From an uncultured Gemmatimonadota bacterium (GTDB lineage Bacteria; SM23-81; DAOVCL01), in assembly GCA_964626665.1 (NCBI GenBank), contig CAZVGK010000003.1:1-64000 (forward strand): a stretch of DNA of 64,000 nt, read 5' to 3'. The notes under the pieces were generated by a model. It was not told the origin of the DNA. It did no database searches and saw only the letters and a list, made by a program, of their open reading frames with translations. Positions 10,249-20,283 of this stretch are shown one piece after another (the first letter of the stretch is position 1; every line of letters starts with the position of its first letter). The position numbers were made by a program, and so were the translations under genes.

Positions 10249-13053
10249 ATGAAACGGGGAATAATAGGTATCTTTGCCTGTTTGCTGGTGACCGCTGTTG
10301 CCTTTTTAGCAATAGCAGGTACTGGGAACCTTCGTAAGGTTGACATGCACAACCCAGCCCTGGTAGACCAGAGCAGCACCGCTCATCTGTCGGCTGAGCA
10401 ATTCAGGGAGAGCAAGGATGTGCGTCCTCCAGCTGTTATAGATTTCAAGGCTGACGATACTCTGTTTTACCAGCGTCCGTACCAGCCGAATGAAAGCTGG
10501 ACTTTCCATACCAGTGATGATGATGCGGGATACAGGTGCTATGAGAACTTTTGGGATCTTGCCGGCCGCATCTGCGACATCCACTGGTGGGGCCTCAGTA
10601 TGGTGTACCCTTGGGCTGATTGCGACCCTGCGGGTATGGTGTTCGAGATCAAGTTCTATTCGGACGACCCTACAGATACTGCTCAAGTTAACATGCCGCC
10701 GAGTGATGTGGTTTGCACGTACACGAATGTGACACCGTCATACACTTATTATGACACCTACGGTGATTTCACTTGCTATTACTTCTCGTTCGACCTGGAT
10801 CCGTGCTGCGACCTGAGGGATGGTTGGGTTTCCATTCAGAGTACGTACAGTCCCAATGACTGTTGGTTCCTGTGGTCAGGCTCTCCGCCTTCGGAGGGGG
10901 ACGGCTTCGCCTTCCAGGAGGGTGGCGATCCTATTGTCAATGACCTCGCCATAGTCCTGACCGGCAAACCCGAAGAAGAATGGCCTAACCACAAGATGCA
11001 TTTCCCGCAACTGCCGGATTTGGAAGGTTGGGATGTGAATGCTACCTATCCCAAGACCCTGGCTGACGACTGGCAGTGTTCACAGTCCGGCCCGGTGACA
11101 GACATCCACTTCTGGGGTTCCTGGAAGGACTTAGATGGCAATCCTGGCACCGATGACTTTCGCACTCCTATGCCATGGTTCATCCTCAGCATCCACCGCA
11201 ACATCCCTGCAGATCAGGATACTCCCTGGAGCAGGCCGGGTGAACTGCTCTGGGCGTGGGAAGGGGAGATCCCAGGCATACCGTTCGAGCCGCCCGCCAT
11301 GGAGCACTGGTATGATCCGAACACTGACTCGTCCTACTGTAACGACCACATCGCCTACTGGCGATACGACTTCTTCTTTGATCAAGCTCAACCGCCAGCA
11401 GAGCCATTCATCCAGGATAAGGATTCCATCTACTGGTTGAACATCTCCGTCCCCTATATGATTATGCCATTCCAGTGGGGTTGGAAGAGTTCACGGGACC
11501 ACTTTATGGATGACGCAGTGTATACCGACAACGCTCCTGTGGGACCTTGGTCTCCAATGGTCGAACCACCAAGATGTAACTGGTTTGATGTGTATTTCGA
11601 CTCGCTGGGAGAACCTGAGGATATGCAGTCGACTAATTATTACGGCAGCGGATGGTACAAATACGAGTACTGGTGGAATATGTGGTTCTATGATAACCCG
11701 TTCGCCTACGAGCGACCGAAACAGATCTACCTTGATTTCTGGGTCGAGCCAGTCGGTCCTCAGGCGTATGCCGAATTTGCTATTAACTGGTCAACCGACC
11801 TATGGTCGCTGGAGGGGGTGCCTGGCAGACCGCCTCTTCCTGGGGAAGACGAGGAGCTCTACATTGGGCGTGAGATCTTGCCGGTGGAACTGGGACCTAA
11901 CTTCATTGAGTATGTGATTCCCTACTACAACCCGGAGTGGGTTTCCATCGATTTTGTAGCCCAGGACGTCATAATCAATGGTTGGATCTGGCACGAATGC
12001 TACCAGACATCGATGGATCTGGCTTTTGTGATCACCGGAGGTGAGGAGGATGCCGAATTCATCCGGGGTGACTATGACGCCAATGGGGTGTTGGCCATGC
12101 CGGATGCCCTTGGGCTTCTGCTCTATAAATATCATCAACCTGGTGGGGTCGCTCCTCCCTGTGAGGATGCTGGTGATTACGATGATAGCGGAGAATTGGC
12201 CATGCCAGACGCTTTGGCCCTTCTGCTCTACAAGTATCATCAGCCTGGTGGGGTTCCACCACCACCACCGTATCCTGACTGTGGGATAGATCCTACGGAT
12301 GACGGTCTTGGGTGTGATAGTTATCCTCCCTGCGGAACTAAGGTTGCCAAACCCCTCATTTCTTCTGCTTCGGCAAGTGTAGAGAATGCCTCCAATGTGG
12401 TCAAGCTGGGAGAGGGTTATCTGGCTGAGGATGGCTTAGTGATAGTTCCTGTGGAGCTGACCAACGAGGCTGAGCTGAGAGGGTTTGAGTTTACGGTCAA
12501 CTTTGATCCTGCCCTTCTCACTGCAGCGAAAGTAGGCGGTGGCGATGGTTATGACTTCTTTGCACCTTGGATAGACAATGAGACAGGGAAGGTCACCATT
12601 GGCTGTGTTCCTGATCTAAGTATGCACAAACCATTTACACCTGGTCAGAGGGTAGTGGCCGAGATAAGCTTCCAGCCCAAGGGTAATGCTAGCTTGAGCC
12701 TATCTGATGTGGCCTTGTATGGATTAAGGGCTGAGGTAGTAGATGCTCGGTGGATTGATGGCATACTGAAGGCTGGGGTTGGACTACCCATGCAGTTCGC
12801 CCTGCAACAAAACTACCCCAATCCATTCAACGCTATCACTGAAATCAAGTACGCTTTGCCGAAGGACTGCTTGGTGAGGCTGGAGGTCTACAATGTTGTA
12901 GGTCAGCGGGTAGCCACGCTTGCTGATGGAAAACAGAAAGCCGGATACAAGGTTGCCAAGTGGCAGGCGAGTTCCTTCTCCAGCGGCATCTACTTCTACA
13001 CGCTTAGGGCAGGGGATTTTGTGCAGACGAGGAAGATGATCCTGCTGAAATAA
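10249..13053 (+). CDS. secreted multidomain protein: two Trp-rich beta-domains, dockerin-like duplicated EF-hand, cohesin-like domain, T9SS/FlgD-type C-terminal sorting domain
   Basis: signal peptide; RGDYDANG..DAL and AGDYDDSG..DAL repeat; VIVPVELTN..LRGFEFTVNFDP; QNYPNPFN...SSGIYFY...TRKMILLK; SD AGGAGG. Confidence 0.8.
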   Translation: MKRGIIGIFACLLVTAVAFLAIAGTGNLRKVDMHNPALVDQSSTAHLSAEQFRESKDVRPPAVIDFKADDTLFYQRPYQPNESWTFHTSDDDAGYRCYENFWDLAGRICDIHWWGLSMVYPWADCDPAGMVFEIKFYSDDPTDTAQVNMPPSDVVCTYTNVTPSYTYYDTYGDFTCYYFSFDLDPCCDLRDGWVSIQSTYSPNDCWFLWSGSPPSEGDGFAFQEGGDPIVNDLAIVLTGKPEEEWPNHKMHFPQLPDLEGWDVNATYPKTLADDWQCSQSGPVTDIHFWGSWKDLDGNPGTDDFRTPMPWFILSIHRNIPADQDTPWSRPGELLWAWEGEIPGIPFEPPAMEHWYDPNTDSSYCNDHIAYWRYDFFFDQAQPPAEPFIQDKDSIYWLNISVPYMIMPFQWGWKSSRDHFMDDAVYTDNAPVGPWSPMVEPPRCNWFDVYFDSLGEPEDMQSTNYYGSGWYKYEYWWNMWFYDNPFAYERPKQIYLDFWVEPVGPQAYAEFAINWSTDLWSLEGVPGRPPLPGEDEELYIGREILPVELGPNFIEYVIPYYNPEWVSIDFVAQDVIINGWIWHECYQTSMDLAFVITGGEEDAEFIRGDYDANGVLAMPDALGLLLYKYHQPGGVAPPCEDAGDYDDSGELAMPDALALLLYKYHQPGGVPPPPPYPDCGIDPTDDGLGCDSYPPCGTKVAKPLISSASASVENASNVVKLGEGYLAEDGLVIVPVELTNEAELRGFEFTVNFDPALLTAAKVGGGDGYDFFAPWIDNETGKVTIGCVPDLSMHKPFTPGQRVVAEISFQPKGNASLSLSDVALYGLRAEVVDARWIDGILKAGVGLPMQFALQQNYPNPFNAITEIKYALPKDCLVRLEVYNVVGQRVATLADGKQKAGYKVAKWQASSFSSGIYFYTLRAGDFVQTRKMILLK

Positions 13054-13080
13054 CCTGACATTTCCAGCACCTACAACCTG

Positions 13081-13113
13081 AAAAGGGAGGAGATAATAGC
13101 TCCTCCCTTTTTT
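13081..13113 (+). terminator. intrinsic terminator
   Basis: AAAAGGGAGGAG-ataatag-CTCCTCCCTTTTTT. Confidence 0.8.
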
Positions 13114-13280
13114 ATTTCTTTCGCCTTACAAAAGGTGGTTAGGTTTGGGGTTCCGCCTCAGGGGATAAAGAACTTGACGCGGAGGGTGAGATTTCGTATC
13201 GTTAGGCAGTGGTTTCAATTGTGAAACCCAAGTATATAAGTGAGACCAACAATAGTAGGTAATGAGAAGGAATTATCATA

Positions 13281-15563
13281 ATGCCAATAGAACCTGAAGT
13301 CAATAAGAACCAAACCTATTTTGTCCTTTCCAAGGGGAGAATGGTTTCCCACTACAGGATTCTTGAGAAGATCGGCTCCGGGGGTATGGGCGTGATCTAC
13401 AAAGCTGAGGACACCAAGCTCAGACGCACCGTTGCCCTGAAATTCCTCACCCCGCATATGTTAGGAACCGAGGAAGAGAAGGCCCGCTTTGTTCGTGAGG
13501 CGCAGGCCGGGGCGGCATTGGATCATCCCAACATCTGCACCGTTTATGAAATTGATGAGGCTGAAGGACAAACCTTCATCGCCATGGCCTACCTTGAAGG
13601 CCAGAGTTTGAGACAGAAGATCGAATCTGGCTCTGTAGGGGCGAACGGCCGTTCGCCCCTACCTATTGACGAAGCTCTGGATATTGCCATTCAGGTTGTC
13701 GAAGGCCTGCAGGAGGCCCATGAGAGGGGGATTGTCCATCGGGACATCAAGAGCGCCAACATCGTGGTAGCGACCAAAGGTCAGGTGAAGATTATGGATT
13801 TCGGGCTGGCCAAGTTGGCCGGGAGGACGAAGATTACCCAGACCGGCACAATCTTGGGCACGGTGGCCTACATATCGCTAGAGCAAGCCCGTGGGGAAAC
13901 GGTTGATCACCGCACAGATATCTGGTCATTAGGCGTTGTCCTGTATGAAATGATCACCGGACAATTACCCTTCAAAGGGGAGTATGAGCAGGCAGTGGTC
14001 TATTCGATTCTTAATGAAGAACCGGAGCCAATCATGGGCCTCCGCACCGCGGTGCCGATGGAATTGGAGCGAATTGTGAACAAGGCCCTGGCGAAAAACC
14101 CAGGTGAGCGCTATCAGCATATGGACGAGATGAGGGTTGATCTGAGAGCACTCAAAAGGGAGGTCGAAACCGGGACTTGGAGAGAACCAACTTCCAAACC
14201 ACAGCCTTCACCCTCCATCGCCGTGCTGCCGTTTGCTAATCTGACTGCGGACCCAGAGCAGGAGTACTTCTGCGATGGCATGGCAGAGGAGATCATCAAT
14301 GCCCTGACCCATGTGGAGGGCTTGCACGTCGTTGCTCGCACCTCGGCTTTCCTTTTCAAGGACAGGAAGGAGGATATTCGCGAGATTGGCAGGAAACTAA
14401 ATGTGGGAACCTTGCTTGAGGGCAGCGTGCGGAAGGCGGGTAACAGACTGCGCATCTCGGCCCAGCTAATCAATGTTGCTAACCGCTACCATCTCTGGTC
14501 AGAAAGATACGACCGTGAACTAACGGATGTGTTTGCCATTCAGGATGAGATATCCCTGGCAGTAGTAGAGGGGTTGAAGGTCAAGCTCTTGAGGAGAGAG
14601 AAGGTGGCGATTGTCAAGCGTCATACCCAAGATCTGGATGCGTATAACCTGTATTTGAAGGGCCGCTACCACTGGAACAAGCGGTATGAAGAAGGATTGA
14701 GGAAAGGACTTGAATATTTCCAACAAGCGATAGCTAAGGATCCAGACTACGCCCTGGCTTACATTGGAATTGCTGATTGTTACAATGTGCTGGGGGCCCA
14801 TGGCTACCTCCCTCCTAATGAGACCTACCCAAAAGCGAAGACAGCAACCTTCAAGGCACTGGAGATAGATGACACCCTCGCCGAAACGCATGCCTCCCTG
14901 GGGATCTGCAATCTTTACTACGATTGGGACTGGCCTGCTGCCAAGGGGAGATTCAAGCGAGCCATTGAGCTCAACCCCGGCTATGCGACTGCCCACCACT
15001 GGTATGCCATCTACCTATCAAGCATGGGCCGGGTGGAAGAGGCCATCGCAGAGATGAAACGAGCACAGCGGCTTGACCCGCTCTCCCTGATCATAAACGC
15101 GGCAACGGGATGGATGTTCTACCTCGCGCGCCAGTATAAACAGGCGATAGAAGAATGCAGGAAGGCACTCGAACTAGACCCCGATTTCACCAGCGCGCTC
15201 TGGACCATTGGGCAAGCTTACGAGCAACAAGGGAAGTATGAGGAAGCCATCGCTATGTTTGAAAAGGCGGGGACCGGAAGGACGCTTGCCCATTGCTATG
15301 CGGTAGCGGGCAAGAGGGACAGAGCACTGAAAGTGCTCAACGAATTGGAGGAGCTATCGAAACAAGGGTATGTTGACCCGTACGACACCGCCTTGATCTA
15401 TTCGGGATTGGGCGAGAGCGATCAGGCATTCGAATGGCTGGAAAAGGCCTATAAGGAGCACGACAGCCGTTTACTTAAGCTAAAAGTGGAACCAGCGTTG
15501 GATAGCCTGCGCTCGGACCCGAGATTCGCCGCGCTGCTGAAGAAGATGGGCTTGGATAATTGA
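13281..15563 (+). CDS. Hanks-type Ser/Thr protein kinase with TolB-like domain and TPR repeats
   Basis: GSGGMG, VALK, HRDIKSAN, DFG, DIWSLG; SIAVLPFANL...EYFCDG; C-terminal TPRs ending LRSDPRF. Confidence 0.92.
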   Translation: MPIEPEVNKNQTYFVLSKGRMVSHYRILEKIGSGGMGVIYKAEDTKLRRTVALKFLTPHMLGTEEEKARFVREAQAGAALDHPNICTVYEIDEAEGQTFIAMAYLEGQSLRQKIESGSVGANGRSPLPIDEALDIAIQVVEGLQEAHERGIVHRDIKSANIVVATKGQVKIMDFGLAKLAGRTKITQTGTILGTVAYISLEQARGETVDHRTDIWSLGVVLYEMITGQLPFKGEYEQAVVYSILNEEPEPIMGLRTAVPMELERIVNKALAKNPGERYQHMDEMRVDLRALKREVETGTWREPTSKPQPSPSIAVLPFANLTADPEQEYFCDGMAEEIINALTHVEGLHVVARTSAFLFKDRKEDIREIGRKLNVGTLLEGSVRKAGNRLRISAQLINVANRYHLWSERYDRELTDVFAIQDEISLAVVEGLKVKLLRREKVAIVKRHTQDLDAYNLYLKGRYHWNKRYEEGLRKGLEYFQQAIAKDPDYALAYIGIADCYNVLGAHGYLPPNETYPKAKTATFKALEIDDTLAETHASLGICNLYYDWDWPAAKGRFKRAIELNPGYATAHHWYAIYLSSMGRVEEAIAEMKRAQRLDPLSLIINAATGWMFYLARQYKQAIEECRKALELDPDFTSALWTIGQAYEQQGKYEEAIAMFEKAGTGRTLAHCYAVAGKRDRALKVLNELEELSKQGYVDPYDTALIYSGLGESDQAFEWLEKAYKEHDSRLLKLKVEPALDSLRSDPRFAALLKKMGLDN
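13635..13662. repeat. perfect 28-bp GTAG-type REP palindrome inside the kinase CDS
   Basis: GTAGGGGCGAACGG|CCGTTCGCCCCTAC; related intergenic palindrome at ~34126-34152. Confidence 0.85.
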
Positions 15564-15926
15564 ATTGAGATTAAGCTAACGTAACGGTTCACGGGGGTCA
15601 GTAGTAAGCAGTCAGGTATTCATTAGTTATCGGTTATCAGTTATCACGGATTTTCCCTGATCCCTGGAAACTGTTGCAATTTTCCTCTTTTTTTACAATG
15701 AATTGAAGGGATTTGAAAAGCTTTCCCTTCCCTTCCTTTCAACTCTTTGTAACTATCCACTTTCAACAATAATCGGCATCAGGCTTGCCCGAAACTCCGC
15801 CCAGGGGAGATGCCTCCCACATATCTTCGCCCGATTTCTGCTGTTTTATCCAACACCTGCTTTGACGGATTAATAACAGCCAAATCCTAATAATCCTGGA
15901 AGTTGTTCTGTTTTTCCTTGCTCTTT

Positions 15927-15944
15927 GTGGATGTTATCATCCAC
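15927..15944. repeat. REP family B (GTGGATGTTATCATCCAC); other copies 23146, ~34269, 43239, 55958
   Basis: five dispersed palindromic copies. Confidence 0.85.
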
Positions 15945-15989
15945 AAAAATACCTTCCCTCAGGGCAGGCTCCCTGACGGTACGAGTAAA

Positions 15990-16015
15990 GCTGTCAGGAG
16001 GTAACTCCTGACAGC
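15990..16015. repeat. REP family C (GCTGTCAGGAGGTAACTCCTGACAGC); longer shared blocks at ~34160-34258 and ~56027-56097
   Basis: direct sequence identity including the following ...CATCAGGAGATG.CTCCCACA. Confidence 0.85.
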
Positions 16016-16050
16016 ACACTTCTATACTTTTCCCTGATCCCTATAAACTG

Positions 16051-16593
16051 TCATTTCTTCTCCAATGACTGGACATAGTCCCGCAGGTTCTTCTTGTCTA
16101 CAGGGGAGACAAAGAGAAACCGGATGGCCACAAACTTCTTAAACCCAGGATCTTTACACTTTTCCACAAAGATTACCTCTCCATTCGTGGGGCTTATGGG
16201 AAGGTCAGGAATATCCAGGTAGACCACAAAACTCCGCCCTAAAAGATCCTTATCCCGGGCCCCCTTAAACTGAGGATGAACCGGGTTTATCCTTGCGCCC
16301 AAACCATTTTCGTTAATTCCGGTGGTTAAACCCTGAAAGATGATTTGTCCCTCCTGCTTTAAGGTGAGATTCAATCTTTTGCTCTTTAACCTGGATGGCC
16401 TTCTGCGATCACAGTGCACCTCTTCCCTTAACTCAGAGACTTTCACCTCCCCACCCTTTCCCTTTACCCTTACCCTCTTCACTAAAGTTCCGTCTTCCCA
16501 AATGACGGTAAGGGTCCTTTCCCTCCTCTCCTCCATTCCCTTCTTTATTTCTTTCTCCACATCCTTTAAGAAATCAGAGAGACCATTCATCAA
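16051..16593 (-). CDS. protein with C-terminal PilZ-like domain
   Basis: DRRRPSR (RxxxR), degenerate D/NxSxxG (GINENG), GEVIFV...VAIRF...KKNLRDYV; SD GAGGAGG. Confidence 0.6.
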   Translation of the reverse strand: MMNGLSDFLKDVEKEIKKGMEERRERTLTVIWEDGTLVKRVRVKGKGGEVKVSELREEVHCDRRRPSRLKSKRLNLTLKQEGQIIFQGLTTGINENGLGARINPVHPQFKGARDKDLLGRSFVVYLDIPDLPISPTNGEVIFVEKCKDPGFKKFVAIRFLFVSPVDKKNLRDYVQSLEKK

Positions 16594-16798
16594 ACCTCCT
16601 CGCTCTCTCTTTTAGGAACTCGGCTCCCTTCAGGCAAACTCTATGGGACGCAGATTAACGCAGGTCCTCCGGATTTATAAAAATTATCCTACAAAATCTG
16701 AGTCCAAAATGGGAATTCTTATACTATCAAGTTTTTCTGAGCCAAGGATGAAACACAGACTCTGTCGTCCTGTCCCCAGTCATAGTTTCTTTAATTCT

Positions 16799-17740
16799 TC
16801 ATTCTACATTCGAAGCCCCACTGGCTTCGGTGGGATAGAGTTCAATCAGTTTAAGGACTATCAAGGCGGAATTCCGGGCGGCATAGTTGCCAAATTCCTT
16901 GATTACCTGATGGGCCCGCTCGTCGGCCCGGTCAGAGTTGCACCTGATCAGAACCCAGGGCACCCCATAGGAGGTGGCTACCTGAGCCACTGCCCCACCC
17001 TCCATCTCGGTGGAGAGGGCCCCAAAGCTCTGGTGGAGCCATCGGCACTTCTGGGAGGAGGCGATAAATTGATCACCACTCACTACTACCCCTACCCTTA
17101 CCCGGGGGCTACGGTTCAACTCGGGAACCTGGGGCAATCTCACCTCCTGACTTGCTCTTTTGGCAAATTCTATCAGCAAACTATCCGCCTGAAAGTAAGT
17201 TATCCCCACCATAGTGGTCCCCCTCATCACCGGAACCGGAGAGGGGACAAAACCGCGGGAGAGATCTGAATTTCCTGGGTAAGTCTTCCCTCCTACCCCT
17301 CCCACTGGAACTACAACCCCAAAATCGTGTTCCGCTGCCCGGGAAGATATGGTTATGTCCCCCACCTGAACCGAATCGGGCACCCCGCCGGCTATGCCGG
17401 AAAATATTATCGCCCGAGGGTGATAGTGGTCGATGAGCAGGTTGGCCACCACAGCGGCGTTGACCTTTCCTACGCCACCAACAGTAAGCACCACCTTTTT
17501 ACCCTTCCACTCCCCCTCACAGAACTCCCAAGGTCCCAGTTTTACCTCCTCCACTGTGGTCAGGGAATCCTTCATTAGCTTAAGTTCTTCCTGCATAGCA
17601 CTGATCACCCCGATGGGCTGTCTCTCCCTTTGGGAGCACCCCATCAGGGCTAAAAACGCCAACAACCAAATTATCCTTTTGATCTTAACCCCCTTTGAAG
17701 AATCTCTTCGTTTGCAAATTCTGTGATAATCTGACCACAA
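16799..17740 (-). CDS. mtnN: 5'-methylthioadenosine/SAH nucleosidase with lipoprotein signal; start uncertain
   Basis: IGVISAMQEE, GVGKVNAA, FSGIAGG, SGDQFI, EMEGGAVAQVA, IRCNSDRAD; lipobox LMGC. Confidence 0.85.
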   Translation of the reverse strand: MWSDYHRICKRRDSSKGVKIKRIIWLLAFLALMGCSQRERQPIGVISAMQEELKLMKDSLTTVEEVKLGPWEFCEGEWKGKKVVLTVGGVGKVNAAVVANLLIDHYHPRAIIFSGIAGGVPDSVQVGDITISSRAAEHDFGVVVPVGGVGGKTYPGNSDLSRGFVPSPVPVMRGTTMVGITYFQADSLLIEFAKRASQEVRLPQVPELNRSPRVRVGVVVSGDQFIASSQKCRWLHQSFGALSTEMEGGAVAQVATSYGVPWVLIRCNSDRADERAHQVIKEFGNYAARNSALIVLKLIELYPTEASGASNVE

Positions 17741-17847
17741 AATTAACTATATTAACTATCGGTTTTCAGGAATCAGCAAAAAGCAATAAGCAAATTGTCA
17801 GCGGTAGCTGATTTCCCTGACTACTGTCAACTGATCCCTGTTCACTG

Positions 17848-18624
17848 TCAACCGTCTGCAGAGCCCCTCTCTAAAAAGGCATAGGCATTGTGGTTATGAA
17901 TGGACTCCTGGGTCTCTGTTTCCACCGCAAACCAGGTTATGTTCGGATCATTTAAGAGCTTCTCCGCGACTGATCTGACCACATCCTCTACAAATGCCGG
18001 GTGGTCATAGGCATTCTCGGTTACCCACTTCTCATCCTCCCTCTTGAGCAAAGAGAAGAGACCGCTGGAGGCGGATGCTTCCACCAGGGAGATAAGCTCC
18101 TCTATCCAGATGAACTCCTTAAACCTCACCTGTAATCTCACCTCTCCTCTTTGATTGTGGGCCCCGCGATCGGAGATCTCCTTGGAGCAAGGGCAGAGGG
18201 TATTTACCGGCACCCTTACCTCAAGGAGAAAGTCCTCCCGCTTGCTTAGGGAACCTATAAACCGGCAGCCATAGCTCATCAAAGACTTTGAGCCGCTTAC
18301 TGGAGCTTCTTTCTCTATAAAGTAGGGGAAGTCAATCTCCAAGTGGGCAGAGGCAGCCTGAAAGACCTCTCTCATTTTCCTTAAGATGGGGCCCATATTC
18401 TTCATCGTTATCTGGCCCCGATACTTGTTGAGTATCTCCACAAAACGGCTCATATGGGTGCCGCGGAAGTTGCGGGGAAGGTTAACGAACATATTTACTC
18501 GGGCTACGGTGTGCTGCAGCTTGTTGGCTCTATCCAGGACGATTATGGGGTAGCTCAGCTCCTTCACCCCCACTTTGTCGATCTCTATTCTCCTTGGATC
18601 TTCCTCACTCTGGATGTCCCTCAT
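17848..18624 (-). CDS. folE2: GTP cyclohydrolase IB
   Basis: DIQS, RGTHMSRF, TLCPCSKEIS, GAHNQR, LKREDEK, FVEDVVR, ESIHNHNAYA. Confidence 0.95.
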   Translation of the reverse strand: MRDIQSEEDPRRIEIDKVGVKELSYPIIVLDRANKLQHTVARVNMFVNLPRNFRGTHMSRFVEILNKYRGQITMKNMGPILRKMREVFQAASAHLEIDFPYFIEKEAPVSGSKSLMSYGCRFIGSLSKREDFLLEVRVPVNTLCPCSKEISDRGAHNQRGEVRLQVRFKEFIWIEELISLVEASASSGLFSLLKREDEKWVTENAYDHPAFVEDVVRSVAEKLLNDPNITWFAVETETQESIHNHNAYAFLERGSADG

Positions 18625-18954
18625 CCAGCCTCCTCATATTTTATACCAGTTTACGGAAGTCGGGAATCAGCAGTCAGCTATTAGCGGTCAGCAGTCAGTT
18701 GTCAGTTGTGGGGAATTTTCCCTGATCCCTGGGAACTGATCCCCGGGAACTGTCACAACACCGCATGACACCGAAACCTCCGCATTGATTACAGTCCCAA
18801 TTTAATAACCAGGGATAACATTCCAACCATGGAAACTCACGGAATGGCTCATCATCAATGGCCAATTAACGCAAATGAAACCAGAATATCCTGAGGTGTA
18901 AATTCCCATTGATAATTGCTCATTAATCATTGACCATTTCTTTGCCAGTCTGTG

Positions 18955-19644
18955 TTAATCCGTGGGGTTCCGTGGTAAAGCATCTTCATACTCCAAGGGA
19001 TCCGGGTATCCCGCCTCCTGAAAGGCCTGCAACCTCCGCAGGCAGCTATCACATTGGCCGCAGGCCTTTGGCCCTCCCCGATAGCAGGACCAGGATAGTT
19101 CGAAGGGGGCCTTTAAACTAATGCCCAATTTGACGATTTCGCCCTTATTCATCCCGATAAGGGGAGTCTTGATCACTATATGGGTATTGGGCTTAGTACC
19201 CAGCTCTATCGCTCGGTTCAAGGTGGTATAGAATTCTCGGCGACAGTCAGGATAACCCGCAGAGTCCTCCTCCACCGCTCCGATAAAAATTGCCTCCGCC
19301 CCAATCACCTCACCCCAGGCCACGCCAACCGAGACAAGCTGACCATTGCGGAAGGGAACATAGGTTGTTGGTATCTCATCGGCAAATCCGGAGGGGATCT
19401 CTAAGCTCTGATCAATCAGGCTCGTCCCTCCAATCTTCTTCAGATAACCTAAATCCACCAATAGCTTATGCTCTACCCCATAAAATTCGGCGATCCGATT
19501 GAAGGCCTCAAGTTCCCTTTTCTCTGAGATCTGGCCGTAATTGAAATGGAGCAGGGCCAGCCGGTGAGTTTGATTGGCCAAGGCCAAAGCAACAAGGCTA
19601 TCCATCCCCCCACTGAGCAACACTATTCCCAAGGGTTTCCCCAT
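18955..19644 (-). CDS. queC: 7-cyano-7-deazaguanine synthase
   Basis: LLSGGMDS, TYVPFRN, GYPDCR, SWSCY...CGQCDSC. Confidence 0.95.
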   Translation of the reverse strand: MGKPLGIVLLSGGMDSLVALALANQTHRLALLHFNYGQISEKRELEAFNRIAEFYGVEHKLLVDLGYLKKIGGTSLIDQSLEIPSGFADEIPTTYVPFRNGQLVSVGVAWGEVIGAEAIFIGAVEEDSAGYPDCRREFYTTLNRAIELGTKPNTHIVIKTPLIGMNKGEIVKLGISLKAPFELSWSCYRGGPKACGQCDSCLRRLQAFQEAGYPDPLEYEDALPRNPTD

Positions 19645-20283
19645 TTAATGCCCCCGCGCCTCGTTTCCCCAGATGAACTTCTGCAACTGAAAGCCGAGCC
19701 TTAGGGCTAACCCATCCGCCAGGATCCATTCGGCCAAATCTTTCAAGGGAAGGAACCCCTGAGCCGGGGAGAAGATCACTTTTGTGAGCTTCAGAAGAGA
19801 ATACCTCTCTACTATCTCCTTAGCCCATTGGTAATCCGATCGATCCGCCAGAACGAACTTTACCTCATCTTTGGGTCTCAACTTCTCCACATTCCCCCAC
19901 TCCATCCTATTTGACATCCTGCTCTGGGGTGGTTTTATGTCCAAGATTCGGATCGCCCCCTGGGGGACCCTGCTTATATCCAGGGAACCATTTGTATCCA
20001 AGAGGACCATATATCCCTTTTCTAAAAGCTGCTCCATAAGGGGATAAACCTCCTCCTGCAAAAGGGGCTCTCCGCCAGTGATCTCCACCAACTGGGTAGG
20101 GAAACTTGCCACTTTTTTTAAGATCTGGGGGAGGGAGAGATCAAATGGCTCCTCCTCATAGGAATATTTCGTATCACACCAGGAGCACCGCAGGTTACAC
20201 CCCCAAAGCCGCAGAAAGGTGCATGGACTACCGGCCCAGCTCGATTCCCCCTGGATGGAGTAGAATATCTCACTAAGCTTCAC
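19645..20283 (-). CDS. queE: 7-carboxy-7-deazaguanine synthase (radical SAM)
   Basis: EIFYSIQGE, CNLRCSWCDT, ITGGEPLLQ, TNGS. Confidence 0.93.
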   Translation of the reverse strand: MKLSEIFYSIQGESSWAGSPCTFLRLWGCNLRCSWCDTKYSYEEEPFDLSLPQILKKVASFPTQLVEITGGEPLLQEEVYPLMEQLLEKGYMVLLDTNGSLDISRVPQGAIRILDIKPPQSRMSNRMEWGNVEKLRPKDEVKFVLADRSDYQWAKEIVERYSLLKLTKVIFSPAQGFLPLKDLAEWILADGLALRLGFQLQKFIWGNEARGH

